Origin: Paenibacillus beijingensis
GTDB lineage: Bacteria > Bacillota > Bacilli > Paenibacillales > Paenibacillaceae
NCBI RefSeq assembly: GCF_000961095.1
Contig: NZ_CP011058.1
Coordinates: 3,478,492-3,542,491 of the forward strand
Direction of reading: 5' to 3'
Length of the DNA: 64,000 nucleotides
Position 1 is the stretch's first letter, and every line of letters starts with the position of its first letter. The notes below the pieces were generated by a model, which saw only the letters and a program-made list of their open reading frames with translations, did no database searches and had not been told where the DNA came from. The translations under genes were made by a program, and so were the position numbers. Below, one piece after another: positions 20,281 through 29,615 of the stretch.

Positions 20281-21384
20281 TTACTCATACACTTTGATTT
20301 CGTTGTAAAAGGTGTCCCGTTCCACCGGAATGCGGCCTGCCCCTTTAATGAGCCAGACCAAATCTTCACGCGACAGCCCTGCCGGCGTCAGCGCGCCGGC
20401 CGAATGGCTGATCCGCTCGCGCACAAGCGTCCCATGCGCATCGGAGGCGCCCATCGTCAGGGATACCTGCGTCAGCTGCGGGCCGATGTTGATGAAATAC
20501 GCTTTGATGTGCTGGAAATTATCGAGCATGAGACGCCCGATCGCAATCGTCTTCAAGTCCTCGTATGCCGAATTGCGGCGACGGATGCCCGCTTTAGGAC
20601 TGGACGGCTGCATCGACAGCGGAATAAAGACCATGAAGCCGTTCGTTTCATCCTGCAGCTCGCGCAGCTGCGCCATATGGTCGATGCGCTGCTCGTACGT
20701 TTCCACCGAGCCGTACAGCATCGTCGTATGCGTGCGCAGGCCGAGTTCGTGCGCGGCGCGGTGAACGGCGAGGTATTGGCTTACGTTCGCTTTTTCCACG
20801 CGCATCTTCTGACGGTACTGATCGGACAAAATTTCCGCTCCGCCGCCCGTAAGCGACTCGAGCCCCGCTTTCATAAGCTCCTGCAGCACTTCCTTGTAGC
20901 TGAGACCGCTGATGCGGGAGAAGAAATCAATTTCTGCCGCCGTATAAGCTTTCAGCGTGACATGCGGGTATTTTTCCTTGAGCGCTTTAAGCGAATCTAC
21001 ATAGTATTGAAACGGAACATGGGGGTTATGCCCGCCGACGATATGGAATTCCCGGACGCCGGGGTGAATATGCTGCTCGATATACTCGATCATTTCCGCA
21101 CCCGACAGCGTGTAGGACCCTTCCTCTCCCTGATCCTTGCGGAAGCTGCAGAAGGCGCAGTGCGCTTCGCATACGTTCGTAAAGTACAGTGTCATCGTAT
21201 CGATAAAATAAACCTTTTTGCCGTTTTTGCGCAGATTCACCTCATTGGCCATTTGGCCGATCGTCAGCAAATCGTCGGACTTGTACAGGAATACGCCTTC
21301 TTCCCGCGTTATTCGCTCGCCATGCCGGACTTTTTCCATGATGTCCAGCATTTTCCGGTCTTCAGTCGGTAGTATGACGCTCAT
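20281..21384 (-). CDS. radical SAM protein, MqnE/MqnC/CofH family
   Basis: CEAHCAFCSF CxxxCxxC motif. Its 367-aa size matches aminofutalosine synthase and dehypoxanthine-futalosine cyclase. Confidence 0.65.
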   Translation of the reverse strand: MSVILPTEDRKMLDIMEKVRHGERITREEGVFLYKSDDLLTIGQMANEVNLRKNGKKVYFIDTMTLYFTNVCEAHCAFCSFRKDQGEEGSYTLSGAEMIEYIEQHIHPGVREFHIVGGHNPHVPFQYYVDSLKALKEKYPHVTLKAYTAAEIDFFSRISGLSYKEVLQELMKAGLESLTGGGAEILSDQYRQKMRVEKANVSQYLAVHRAAHELGLRTHTTMLYGSVETYEQRIDHMAQLRELQDETNGFMVFIPLSMQPSSPKAGIRRRNSAYEDLKTIAIGRLMLDNFQHIKAYFINIGPQLTQVSLTMGASDAHGTLVRERISHSAGALTPAGLSREDLVWLIKGAGRIPVERDTFYNEIKVYE

Positions 21385-21658
21385 GATGCAACCTCCTTAT
21401 AGGTAATCAAAAAACAGCTTCGATTCCGCCTGAATTTTTTCCAGGATTGTGAAAAAAAGAACTTGTTCGCTCCACAAAAACACGTCTTGTTTATTATAAA
21501 CTGCATATACTAAAGCTTCAATGAGAAAAACTCGTATCGGAGTCATTCGAAGATGAGCGACCGCGTTTAGAGGTGAGCTCGGGGCAGCCATGCCTTGAGC
21601 GATTTCGGCTGTTTGGAGTATAATGAAGAAACAGGAAGATGAAATGGAGGGATAACGC

Positions 21659-22018
21659 ATGATCGCAATCAGCGAATCGGCATCGGATAAAATTAAGGAA
21701 ATGCTCGCCTCAGAGGAAAGCGCGGATTTGTTCCTTCGTATCGGCGTGAAGGAGGGCGGCTGCAGCGGCTTCTCCTACGGTATGGGCTTCGACGACGAGC
21801 ATCACGATAATGACAAAGAAATGGAAGTTCAAGGCCTGAAAGTGGTCGTCGACGGCGACAGCATCGTTTATTTGAACGGCCTCGAAATCGACTGGAAAGA
21901 ATCCGCGATGGGCGGCGGTTTTACCATTCATAACCCGAACGCCACCGCAACGTGCGGGTGTGGCTCGAGCTTCCGCACGGCGGCTGCGGCCGGCAAGCCG
22001 AATCCGGAGCAGTGCTGA
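21659..22018 (+). CDS. HesB/IscA family iron-sulfur cluster insertion protein (SufA/YutM-like)
   Basis: GGCSGFSY motif and a C-terminal CGCGSSF motif. Confidence 0.85.
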   Translation: MIAISESASDKIKEMLASEESADLFLRIGVKEGGCSGFSYGMGFDDEHHDNDKEMEVQGLKVVVDGDSIVYLNGLEIDWKESAMGGGFTIHNPNATATCGCGSSFRTAAAAGKPNPEQC

Positions 22019-22222
22019 TTAGAAAATCGGTCGAATAAAATTTGATTGTTAATTTACCTCCTTAATGTGTGAATGTCGTACATTCATTATTTTGAGGAGG
22101 TTTTTGTTTGCTTAAAGGTATTTGCCAAGCATTCCGGGATGTCTGCCGCTCAGTCGGGTGCTTTCTATTCCTGAAGTAACGGGAGTATACTTGTTAGAAT
22201 GATAGATCAGTACAGCTAAATT

Positions 22223-22654
22223 GTGGAGGAGATTGCGTTGAAAAGAACTGTAGGTTTGATTGTTGCCGTAACAACGTTTTTTCTTCTTGTAACGAAATCG
22301 CTTTATGTAGAACGGATCGAACTCTACGTTATCATTGTTTCTCTTTCTCTTATTGCAATCGTTTTTAATCTAACCTCTAAACAATGGAAAAAGTCCGGAG
22401 AGATTGTAGCAAGCTCAGCCATTGTAGGATCTGTATTTTTCTGGGTATTTGCTTTGACCGATTTAATCGCAGACCATTTTATGTACTTTCTCCCGTCAGG
22501 AAATGAGGATGGCCGGCCTTTACCATTAGTTTTGAAAATCCAGGAGTTCAGTGATGATTTATTTATTGCAAGCATTACAGCCTTGATACCGGCAGTTTTA
22601 ATCTCTTTTCTGTCAACAACATTATTTGCGAAAGTTATTACGAAAAGAACATAG
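22223..22654 (+). CDS. hypothetical membrane protein
   Basis: Four TM helices. The region is lower in GC. Confidence 0.4.
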   Translation: MEEIALKRTVGLIVAVTTFFLLVTKSLYVERIELYVIIVSLSLIAIVFNLTSKQWKKSGEIVASSAIVGSVFFWVFALTDLIADHFMYFLPSGNEDGRPLPLVLKIQEFSDDLFIASITALIPAVLISFLSTTLFAKVITKRT

Positions 22655-22861
22655 GATTTGTTCCTCAACTTCCGTTAAGAGATATTTTACGAGGACTCTC
22701 ACTCACCAAGAAGAATAAACCGAACATAAACCACGCCTACAATGATTTACGCTCAAGGAAGTTACCCCGAAAAACAGAATTCGGTATTAAAAGCGAGTCC
22801 GAGGAATAGCTGAACTCTCTACGCCGGTTCGTTTAAATTCATAAGTGAGGATGAATAAATC

Positions 22862-23905
22862 TTGTTGCTTGAAAAAAATCTGTCTCCGCGATTTGACCCG
22901 CTTGTTAAACATGTTAAAAATCTTCATGATTTAAGAATGGCTTCCGCATCCGCACTAATGGTCATACATAACGATAAAATTGTTGCCGAAACGTATCACA
23001 GTTTTCTCTCCACCCTTCCGGGATCAAAGCCGGTGCAGCCGCAGTCGCAATTCAACGTTGCTTCGGTTCGCAAAAGTTTGATCGGCTTTTCAGTTGCTTG
23101 GGCCATGTATAACGGGAGATTAGGTTCAATTGACGACCCCGTGCTCCAATATCTACCGAATCTCAATAAGGATGTAATGAAGGGAATTACTTTACGGCAT
23201 CTGTTAACGCATACTCACGGGCTGAGAACGAACGAAAAAGATGAGCTGTACAACCATTTCACGGCCGGCAGCGGGTGGGACTACAGAGGCGAAAACATCC
23301 GGCTGTTAACGGAAATCGTTCATCAGGTTACAGGCAAAACGGTCGCACAAATTTGCCGGGAGCACGTTTTTCTCCCTATGGGATTAACGGAGATTGGATG
23401 GAGAACTAAGCCGCACGATGATCTTGTGCAGGTTGTACACGATCCCGGCAGAGGAGCTTCCTCGGAATTGAAGATGAGTCCGGACGGGGATATGCCGAAC
23501 TTGTTTGCTTCAACACGAAACCTCGCTTGCTGGGGGTATTTGCACCTTAAGAGGGGCTGCATCAACGGCAAGCAAATCGTTCCTGAACAAATCATCGACT
23601 GGATCACCGCCCTTCAAAGTCCCAAATTGCCCAGTTCCGATCTTCCTCAAAATGGTTTTTTGTGGCAAGTTAAAGATCGGCCAGCCAAGCAAAGCGAGAT
23701 TGGTTCGCAGGTGCCACCCGGTTCCTATCAAATCCTTGGAGCTATGGAACAAGCGGTATTAGTAATTCCAACGCATAACATCGTTGTGGTCAGGCTGATG
23801 AATCGGCTCGGCAACCCGCCGGGCTATAATTACTTGGAAAGCATTCGCTCTTTCGGCGACTGTGTGATGCAATGCTTGCATACTGATGCTGACTCGAAGC
23901 TTTGA
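22862..23905 (+). CDS. serine hydrolase, beta-lactamase family
   Basis: SVRKS SxxK motif. Lower-GC region. Confidence 0.7.
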   Translation: MLLEKNLSPRFDPLVKHVKNLHDLRMASASALMVIHNDKIVAETYHSFLSTLPGSKPVQPQSQFNVASVRKSLIGFSVAWAMYNGRLGSIDDPVLQYLPNLNKDVMKGITLRHLLTHTHGLRTNEKDELYNHFTAGSGWDYRGENIRLLTEIVHQVTGKTVAQICREHVFLPMGLTEIGWRTKPHDDLVQVVHDPGRGASSELKMSPDGDMPNLFASTRNLACWGYLHLKRGCINGKQIVPEQIIDWITALQSPKLPSSDLPQNGFLWQVKDRPAKQSEIGSQVPPGSYQILGAMEQAVLVIPTHNIVVVRLMNRLGNPPGYNYLESIRSFGDCVMQCLHTDADSKL

Positions 23906-24015
23906 CGCAGATTGCGATTGGGAAACGATACTAGAAAAGCAACATTTATTCCAATATATGTTACAGTATTATTGGATACAAACTGATGGCTTTTCAACGT
24001 GATGGAGGGGTAAAT

Positions 24016-24705
24016 ATGTTGCCAAAGAAAAAGATGATTATTATTGGGGCTTCAATTGTTTTTCTACTAGGTAATGCTGTTGGGGCTATGGCATCTTCAA
24101 AATTCAAAGAGATTAAGGCTATTTTAAATCCATCGTTAAATGTTGAATTTAATGGAGAACAGCTTGCACCAATGAAGGCTATTAACTATGAAGGAACAAC
24201 TTATCTGCCAATACGAAATATTTCGGAGATAGCCGCACTGGACAGTAGAATTGAATTCGACAGCAAGAAAAACAAGCTGATCATTGGTGGGCCAATGTAC
24301 CTCAATCTCTATTCCCAAAATAGCGATGGTTTTTATCAGATGATTGTTAACGGTAACTGGCATCCGTCAATAATTACGCCGAACAGAAAAATTTACAGTA
24401 ATTATTATATGGGAGTTGACTTCTTTCTTGAGACCGAAGCAAGCGATAGTTTAGATGAATACTACAAGTCTATAGTAAATGACCAGTCTTCAGGTATAAA
24501 AATTACAAGTGAAACAGATACGGAAATATTCAAGCAACAGGCAAAAGAAGCCACTTTTGAATCATCGGATTCAATTGGAAAGTTGGCAATAATCCAAAAC
24601 GGTAATGATTTTATTATCATTCGCTTTTTTGTAGATAAGACAAGGTTCAAACAATCTGACTTTAAAGAGTACGATAAGATGTTGAAAAGTTTTAATATTC
24701 AATAG
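24016..24705 (+). CDS. secreted protein with a copper-amine-oxidase N-terminal-like domain
   Basis: Signal peptide. GTTYLPIRNISEIAALDSRIEFDSKKNKLII matches the CuAO N-terminal (stalk) domain pattern. RBS GGAGGGG. Confidence 0.5.
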   Translation: MLPKKKMIIIGASIVFLLGNAVGAMASSKFKEIKAILNPSLNVEFNGEQLAPMKAINYEGTTYLPIRNISEIAALDSRIEFDSKKNKLIIGGPMYLNLYSQNSDGFYQMIVNGNWHPSIITPNRKIYSNYYMGVDFFLETEASDSLDEYYKSIVNDQSSGIKITSETDTEIFKQQAKEATFESSDSIGKLAIIQNGNDFIIIRFFVDKTRFKQSDFKEYDKMLKSFNIQ

Positions 24706-24746
24706 CACACTGTTAAAGCAACAGGGACTGATGGAGATGTCTATAA

Positions 24747-25418
24747 ATGAAACGAATTTTATATATCGAAGACGAAGCGGAAATCGGCGAGTGGGTGAAA
24801 TCGGACCTTGAACGACGCGGTTACAGCGTCCGGTGGCTCACTTCCGGCCAAGGGGCGACCGAAGAGGTGAAGCAGGCCGATCTTGTTGTGCTTGATGTGA
24901 TGCTGCCGGGACTGGACGGCTACTCAGTCGGGCAAAGGCTGAAGCGGGAGGCGCCGCAAGTGCCGATTCTGATGCTGTCCGCATTGTCCTCAGTGGAGGA
25001 CAAGCTGCAGGGCCTCAGCTTTGCGGACGACTATATGACGAAGCCGTTCCACCCGGACGAGCTGGCGGCGCGTCTGGAGGTGCTGCAGCGGAGGTTCGGG
25101 CAGTCGATCGGCAGTGAAGTGAGACTCGGTCACATTACCGTCCGGCTTGAACAGCAATCCGTCATGGATAGCCGGACGGGGGACGAAATTCCGCTGACGG
25201 CCAAACAGCTGCAAATTTTGCTTTTTTTCCTGAAGCATTCGAATCAGATCATGACGAAGGAGCAGATCTACGAGTCGATCTGGGGAGAGCCTTACATGGA
25301 AGGCGATAAGACGGTAATGGTCCATATCCGTTACTTGCGCGAAAAAATCGAAATCAATCCGAGCGAACCGGCGATCATCGAGACGATTCGCGGCATCGGT
25401 TACCGGGTGAAATTATGA
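24747..25418 (+). CDS. OmpR-family response regulator
   Basis: Receiver domain with DLVVLD phosphoacceptor region, plus a winged-helix output domain. Confidence 0.85.
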   Translation: MKRILYIEDEAEIGEWVKSDLERRGYSVRWLTSGQGATEEVKQADLVVLDVMLPGLDGYSVGQRLKREAPQVPILMLSALSSVEDKLQGLSFADDYMTKPFHPDELAARLEVLQRRFGQSIGSEVRLGHITVRLEQQSVMDSRTGDEIPLTAKQLQILLFFLKHSNQIMTKEQIYESIWGEPYMEGDKTVMVHIRYLREKIEINPSEPAIIETIRGIGYRVKL

Positions 25419-26779
25419 GATTCAAGCTTCGCAATTCGCTTCTTTCCAAATATTTGCTGATCATTTTGTCCGCACTGGTGCTGCTGCCGCTGACTTTTCC
25501 TTTCGTGTCGCTGTTGTTTTTCCTGTCCATGCAGGTGATGAATAGCGATATCTTCGATGACTACCGATATCAGAACGGAGCCGCTTTGGAAAAAAGGTGG
25601 CACGAGGAAGCAAAGAAGCTCGGCGGAGCGTCCGCTGAAGTTATCGACAGAGCGCTTCGGCGGTTGCAGACGGCTTACCCGGAAGCCGGAATGTTCTGGG
25701 TCGACCAGTCAGGCACGACCAGGCTGCAGCTGCCGGACAATTCGTCGCTGCCGGACGTTTGGTCAGCCGCGTATACCGTTCAATTTATGAAGGAACGGAT
25801 AAACGGCGATCCATTTACGATTGTTGCCTTTATCGGGGAAACGAGAGATGAAGGGTTCATCGTGTTTGAAGTTCCGCGAGAAATGATGCAGGCTCCCGTT
25901 CAGCGAGTGCCGGATACCGCTTTTATTGCCGGCACGCTGCTTATTTTGGCCGGATTTCTTTTGATCTCCTTTTTCTTTTTTTATCGGATCAGGAGGAGGC
26001 TTGTCCGTCTGCAAACGGCGATGACCGGTGCTCCCGGGCGGGCCATTCCGGACATGATCGAGGTGCAGAACGAAGACGAGATCGGAAGGCTGGAAGCGAC
26101 GTTTAACGAAATGGTGCGAAAACTCGATGACAGCCGGGTGCGGGAATCGAAGGAGGAGGCGCTGCGCCGCGATTTGATCGCGAAGCTTTCGCATGACCTC
26201 CGCACCCCGCTTACGACGATTCGCGGCCATGCGTTCAGCTTGAGAAACGAGGAATTGTCCGACCGGGGAATGGAATCCACGCTTCTCATTGAACGGAAAA
26301 TCGACTACCTGAGCCGGTTGATTGACAATCTGTTCTCGTATTCGCTGCTTTCCGCCGGCAAGTATCCTTATCAGCCGCAAGAAATCGAAATCGTGCGCAC
26401 CGTACGGTCGCTGTTTGCCGGCTGGTACCCCGTTTTTGAACAAGAAGGGTTTACAATCGAACTGGATCTTGCGGAAACGGCCGTTTATTGGCAGGTCGAT
26501 CCGGCGTGGCTGGAGCGGGTGCTGGACAATTATGTGCAAAATGTGCTCCGTCATGCGAAATCGGGCCGGTACATCGGAATGCAAGTCACGAAGGAGCGCG
26601 GAGGAACCATTATCATTACGGACCATGGCCCGGGCATGGAAACGGAATCGGCTGAGAAGGGGGCGGGACTCGGACTGTCCATCATTTCATTGATGCTGAA
26701 GGAAATGAAGCTGCAAAGCGCGACCGACAGCAAACCCGGAGAGACTATTGTACGCCTGTCGCCTAAAGCCGGCGGATGA
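25415..26779 (+). CDS. sensor histidine kinase (2 TM, about 150-aa extracytoplasmic domain)
   Basis: HDLRTPLTTIRGHA H-box and an HATPase region. Overlaps the response-regulator stop. Confidence 0.85.
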   Translation: MRFKLRNSLLSKYLLIILSALVLLPLTFPFVSLLFFLSMQVMNSDIFDDYRYQNGAALEKRWHEEAKKLGGASAEVIDRALRRLQTAYPEAGMFWVDQSGTTRLQLPDNSSLPDVWSAAYTVQFMKERINGDPFTIVAFIGETRDEGFIVFEVPREMMQAPVQRVPDTAFIAGTLLILAGFLLISFFFFYRIRRRLVRLQTAMTGAPGRAIPDMIEVQNEDEIGRLEATFNEMVRKLDDSRVRESKEEALRRDLIAKLSHDLRTPLTTIRGHAFSLRNEELSDRGMESTLLIERKIDYLSRLIDNLFSYSLLSAGKYPYQPQEIEIVRTVRSLFAGWYPVFEQEGFTIELDLAETAVYWQVDPAWLERVLDNYVQNVLRHAKSGRYIGMQVTKERGGTIIITDHGPGMETESAEKGAGLGLSIISLMLKEMKLQSATDSKPGETIVRLSPKAGG

Positions 26780-26909
26780 AACGATTCGTTCGCCTGTCGC
26801 CTAAAACCGGCGCATGGAACGGTCGTCCTAGCGCTAAAGCTGACGCATGAGACAGTCATACGCCAATCGCCCAAAGTCGGCGCGTTATGAGTTCGCGGAC
26901 TCATAAATG
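26753..26909. repeat. four degenerate tandem units of 36-42 bp at and beyond the kinase 3' end
   Basis: CGCCTGTCGCCTAAAGCCGGCGGATGAAACG is reiterated with decay. The first unit encodes the kinase C-terminus and stop. Confidence 0.6.
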
Positions 26910-27004
26910 CGCCGGCTTTTTTGCTTTTTTAAACGGATTTTAAACGGGACGGTACTTCGGATTTAACCTTGCGGGTGTACGATAGTTTGCGAGGTGATGA
27001 AAGA

Positions 27005-27919
27005 ATGAACGAATGGATATTGCAGACGGACAGATTGACGAAAAAATTGGGCGGAAAAGCGGTCGTGAGCGATGTTGACGTCCGGATCGAAAGAGGGGAT
27101 ATTTACGGCTTTCTCGGACCGAACGGCGCGGGCAAAACAACGACGATCCGCATGCTGCTCGGTCTGGCCAAGCCGACCCAAGGAAATATCCGGATTTTCG
27201 GAAAGGATCTGCGCAAAGAACGAATGGCGATTTTGCGCAAGGTCGGCTCGCTTGTCGAGTATCCTTCCTATTACGGCCATTTGAACGCATGGGAAAATTT
27301 AGAGGTTGTCCGGCGGCTGCTGGATGTCCCGCGAGCCCGGATCGGCGAAGTGCTGGACATTGTGCGGCTGACGGCGGAAGCGAAACGTCCGGTAAAAGGC
27401 TTCTCGCTTGGCATGAAACAGCGGCTCGGAATCGCAACGGCGCTGCTCGGGCAGCCGGAGCTGCTTATTTTGGACGAGCCGACCAACGGACTCGATCCGG
27501 CGGGAATTCTCGAAATTCGCGAACTGATCAAGAGTTTGCCGAAGGAGCAGGGCGTTACGGTGCTGGTATCGAGCCACCTGTTGTCGGAAATCGAACAAAT
27601 GGCGACGAGAGTCGGCATTATTACAAAAGGCCGCATGATTTTCCAGGATTCCATCCGGGCGCTGCAGGAGAAAGCGCAGACGAAAATCCGGCTTCGGGTG
27701 AGCGATCCGGAAACGGCATGGAAGCTGCTGCTGGCGGGCGGTTATGAGGCCGATTGGAACCGCAGCGAACTGACGGTGAGCAGCGATACCGACGAAACGA
27801 TTGCCGATATGGTCGCAAGACTGGTCCGGAACGACTTTGACGTCTATCGGGTTGAACAGGAGGAGGCTTCGCTTGAGCGCATTTTCCTGGAGATGACCGG
27901 CGGGGAGGGAAGCTTGTGA
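27005..27919 (+). CDS. ABC transporter ATP-binding protein (LanF/BcrA-like)
   Basis: GPNGAGKTT Walker A, LSGG-like signature and Walker B. RBS GAGGTGA. Confidence 0.85.
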   Translation: MNEWILQTDRLTKKLGGKAVVSDVDVRIERGDIYGFLGPNGAGKTTTIRMLLGLAKPTQGNIRIFGKDLRKERMAILRKVGSLVEYPSYYGHLNAWENLEVVRRLLDVPRARIGEVLDIVRLTAEAKRPVKGFSLGMKQRLGIATALLGQPELLILDEPTNGLDPAGILEIRELIKSLPKEQGVTVLVSSHLLSEIEQMATRVGIITKGRMIFQDSIRALQEKAQTKIRLRVSDPETAWKLLLAGGYEADWNRSELTVSSDTDETIADMVARLVRNDFDVYRVEQEEASLERIFLEMTGGEGSL

Positions 27920-28632
27920 TCGTGCGCGTCCTTTCCGCGGAGATGCTGAAAATCCGCAAAAAGATGATCTGGTTTCTGACCGTACTGGGACCGCTTGGCG
28001 TAGTCGGCTTGCAAGCGGTGAATTTCGGCCTCCGCTACGACTACTTGACGAAGCAGTATGCGGCCGATCTATGGGGCGGCTTGTTATGGAATGTGGGCAT
28101 GCTGATGGTGCCGACGCTGTTCATCGGGCTGGCGATCATCGCTTCGATGACGGCGGGAATCGAACACCAGACAAATTCCTGGAAACAGATTTTAGCGCTG
28201 CCGGTCAAAAAATCTCAGGTGTTCATCGGCAAATTTCTGCTGTCGGCGCTGCTGCTCTTTTGTTCGTCCACGCTGCTGGCGGCCGGAACGGTCGCACTCG
28301 GTTTCGCCCTTCGCTTTCCTGCGGCGGACATCCCTTATCGCGAGCTGCTTGAAATGGCTTACTATCCATATTTGGCGATTGTGCCGTTTATCGCGCTGCA
28401 GGTGTGGCTTTCCGTTACGATGCACAACCAGGCGATTGCGCTGACCATCGGAATTGCGGGCACCGTCTTTTCCTTGTTCTCCACCCGCTTCGACGACTGG
28501 ATGCCTTATAAATGGCCTTATTTGCAAAATGCGGCGGATAACCCGCTTTATTCCGCGGCACTCGGGATCGTCTTCGGCGTTGTTGTGCTGTATGCCGGGG
28601 TAATCGAGTTTGTACGAAAGGATGTGAAATAA
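27916..28632 (+). CDS. ABC-2 type permease (LanE/BcrB-like)
   Basis: 238 aa with six TM helices. Overlaps the ATPase stop. Confidence 0.7.
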   Translation: MIVRVLSAEMLKIRKKMIWFLTVLGPLGVVGLQAVNFGLRYDYLTKQYAADLWGGLLWNVGMLMVPTLFIGLAIIASMTAGIEHQTNSWKQILALPVKKSQVFIGKFLLSALLLFCSSTLLAAGTVALGFALRFPAADIPYRELLEMAYYPYLAIVPFIALQVWLSVTMHNQAIALTIGIAGTVFSLFSTRFDDWMPYKWPYLQNAADNPLYSAALGIVFGVVVLYAGVIEFVRKDVK

Positions 28633-28634
28633 AG

Positions 28635-29363
28635 ATGGTGGCGATGATTCGTTCCGAATGGTTAAAGCTGCGCAAAACGGTGATCTGGATGCTGGCTGCC
28701 GTCAGTCCGATATTGGCGGCGGTAATCGGCGTTCTTGACGTCGATCGAACTCAGGATTCCTCAGCTTGGGTTTACGCGCTTTCGATGATGTCCGTCCTGC
28801 ACGCGATGCTGTTTCTGCCGCTGCTGACCGGCGTCTATGCGGCGCTCGTTTGCCGATATGAACATATAGGAGGCGGCTGGAAAATGATGCTCGCGCTTCC
28901 GGTAACGCGCAGCCAGGTGTTTCTGGTCAAATTCGGGTTTGTTGTACTGCTGCTTGCGGTCACGCAAATTATTTTTCTTGCCGCTTTGCTGCTGATCGGT
29001 CTGGCGCTCGGGTTTGCCTTTCCGATCCCGTGGGCGGAGCTGCTTCGTTCGGTAGCGGGAGGCCTGCTGGCCTGTCTGCCGTTGGCCGCTCTGCAGCTCG
29101 GCGTGTCGACGGCCTGGTCGAGCTTCGGCGCGCCACTCGCCGTTAATGTCATTTTTACGCTGCCTAACCTGCTCATTGTAAACTCGGAAGATTACGCCCC
29201 TTACTACCCTTGGGCGCAGCCGATGCTTGCGATGGTGCCCGGCGGTCCGGATTCGTATGGCGCCTTCAACGTGTCTGCGGAATCGTTATTCGGCATCATT
29301 TTGGGCGGATTTGTGCTGTTTATCGTGTCCGGCCTGCTCTATTTCTCGAAGAAAGCGATTTGA
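28635..29363 (+). CDS. ABC-2 type permease (LanG/BcrB-like)
   Basis: 242 aa with six TM helices, a paralogue of the preceding permease. Confidence 0.7.
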   Translation: MVAMIRSEWLKLRKTVIWMLAAVSPILAAVIGVLDVDRTQDSSAWVYALSMMSVLHAMLFLPLLTGVYAALVCRYEHIGGGWKMMLALPVTRSQVFLVKFGFVVLLLAVTQIIFLAALLLIGLALGFAFPIPWAELLRSVAGGLLACLPLAALQLGVSTAWSSFGAPLAVNVIFTLPNLLIVNSEDYAPYYPWAQPMLAMVPGGPDSYGAFNVSAESLFGIILGGFVLFIVSGLLYFSKKAI

Positions 29364-29615
29364 ACACAGCGCCTTGGGGTCCGAAAGGTGCATGGTTCGT
29401 AAGAGAAGTGAAGACAATAATAGGTCCGAGGGTTGCGGCTGCAAGTATAGTCAGGTAAAATAATGGCAGCGATTATTCCCGGTACAAAATATAGACCGAT
29501 TCAACTCCCTTGTTCTCCGTCCGAGATACGAGGGAGTTCTTTCGTTGCCATGAACAGACCGGATAACGACAAGGGACTCTCCGACGTGGAACTTCTCAGG
29601 TGAGATGGTGGCGCA

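Noticed and set aside
29370-29615. c-di-GMP or other riboswitch upstream of the GGDEF gene
   Set aside because: Only a simple 8-bp hairpin (AACTCCCT...AGGGAGTT) is present, with no GEMM-like conserved blocks.
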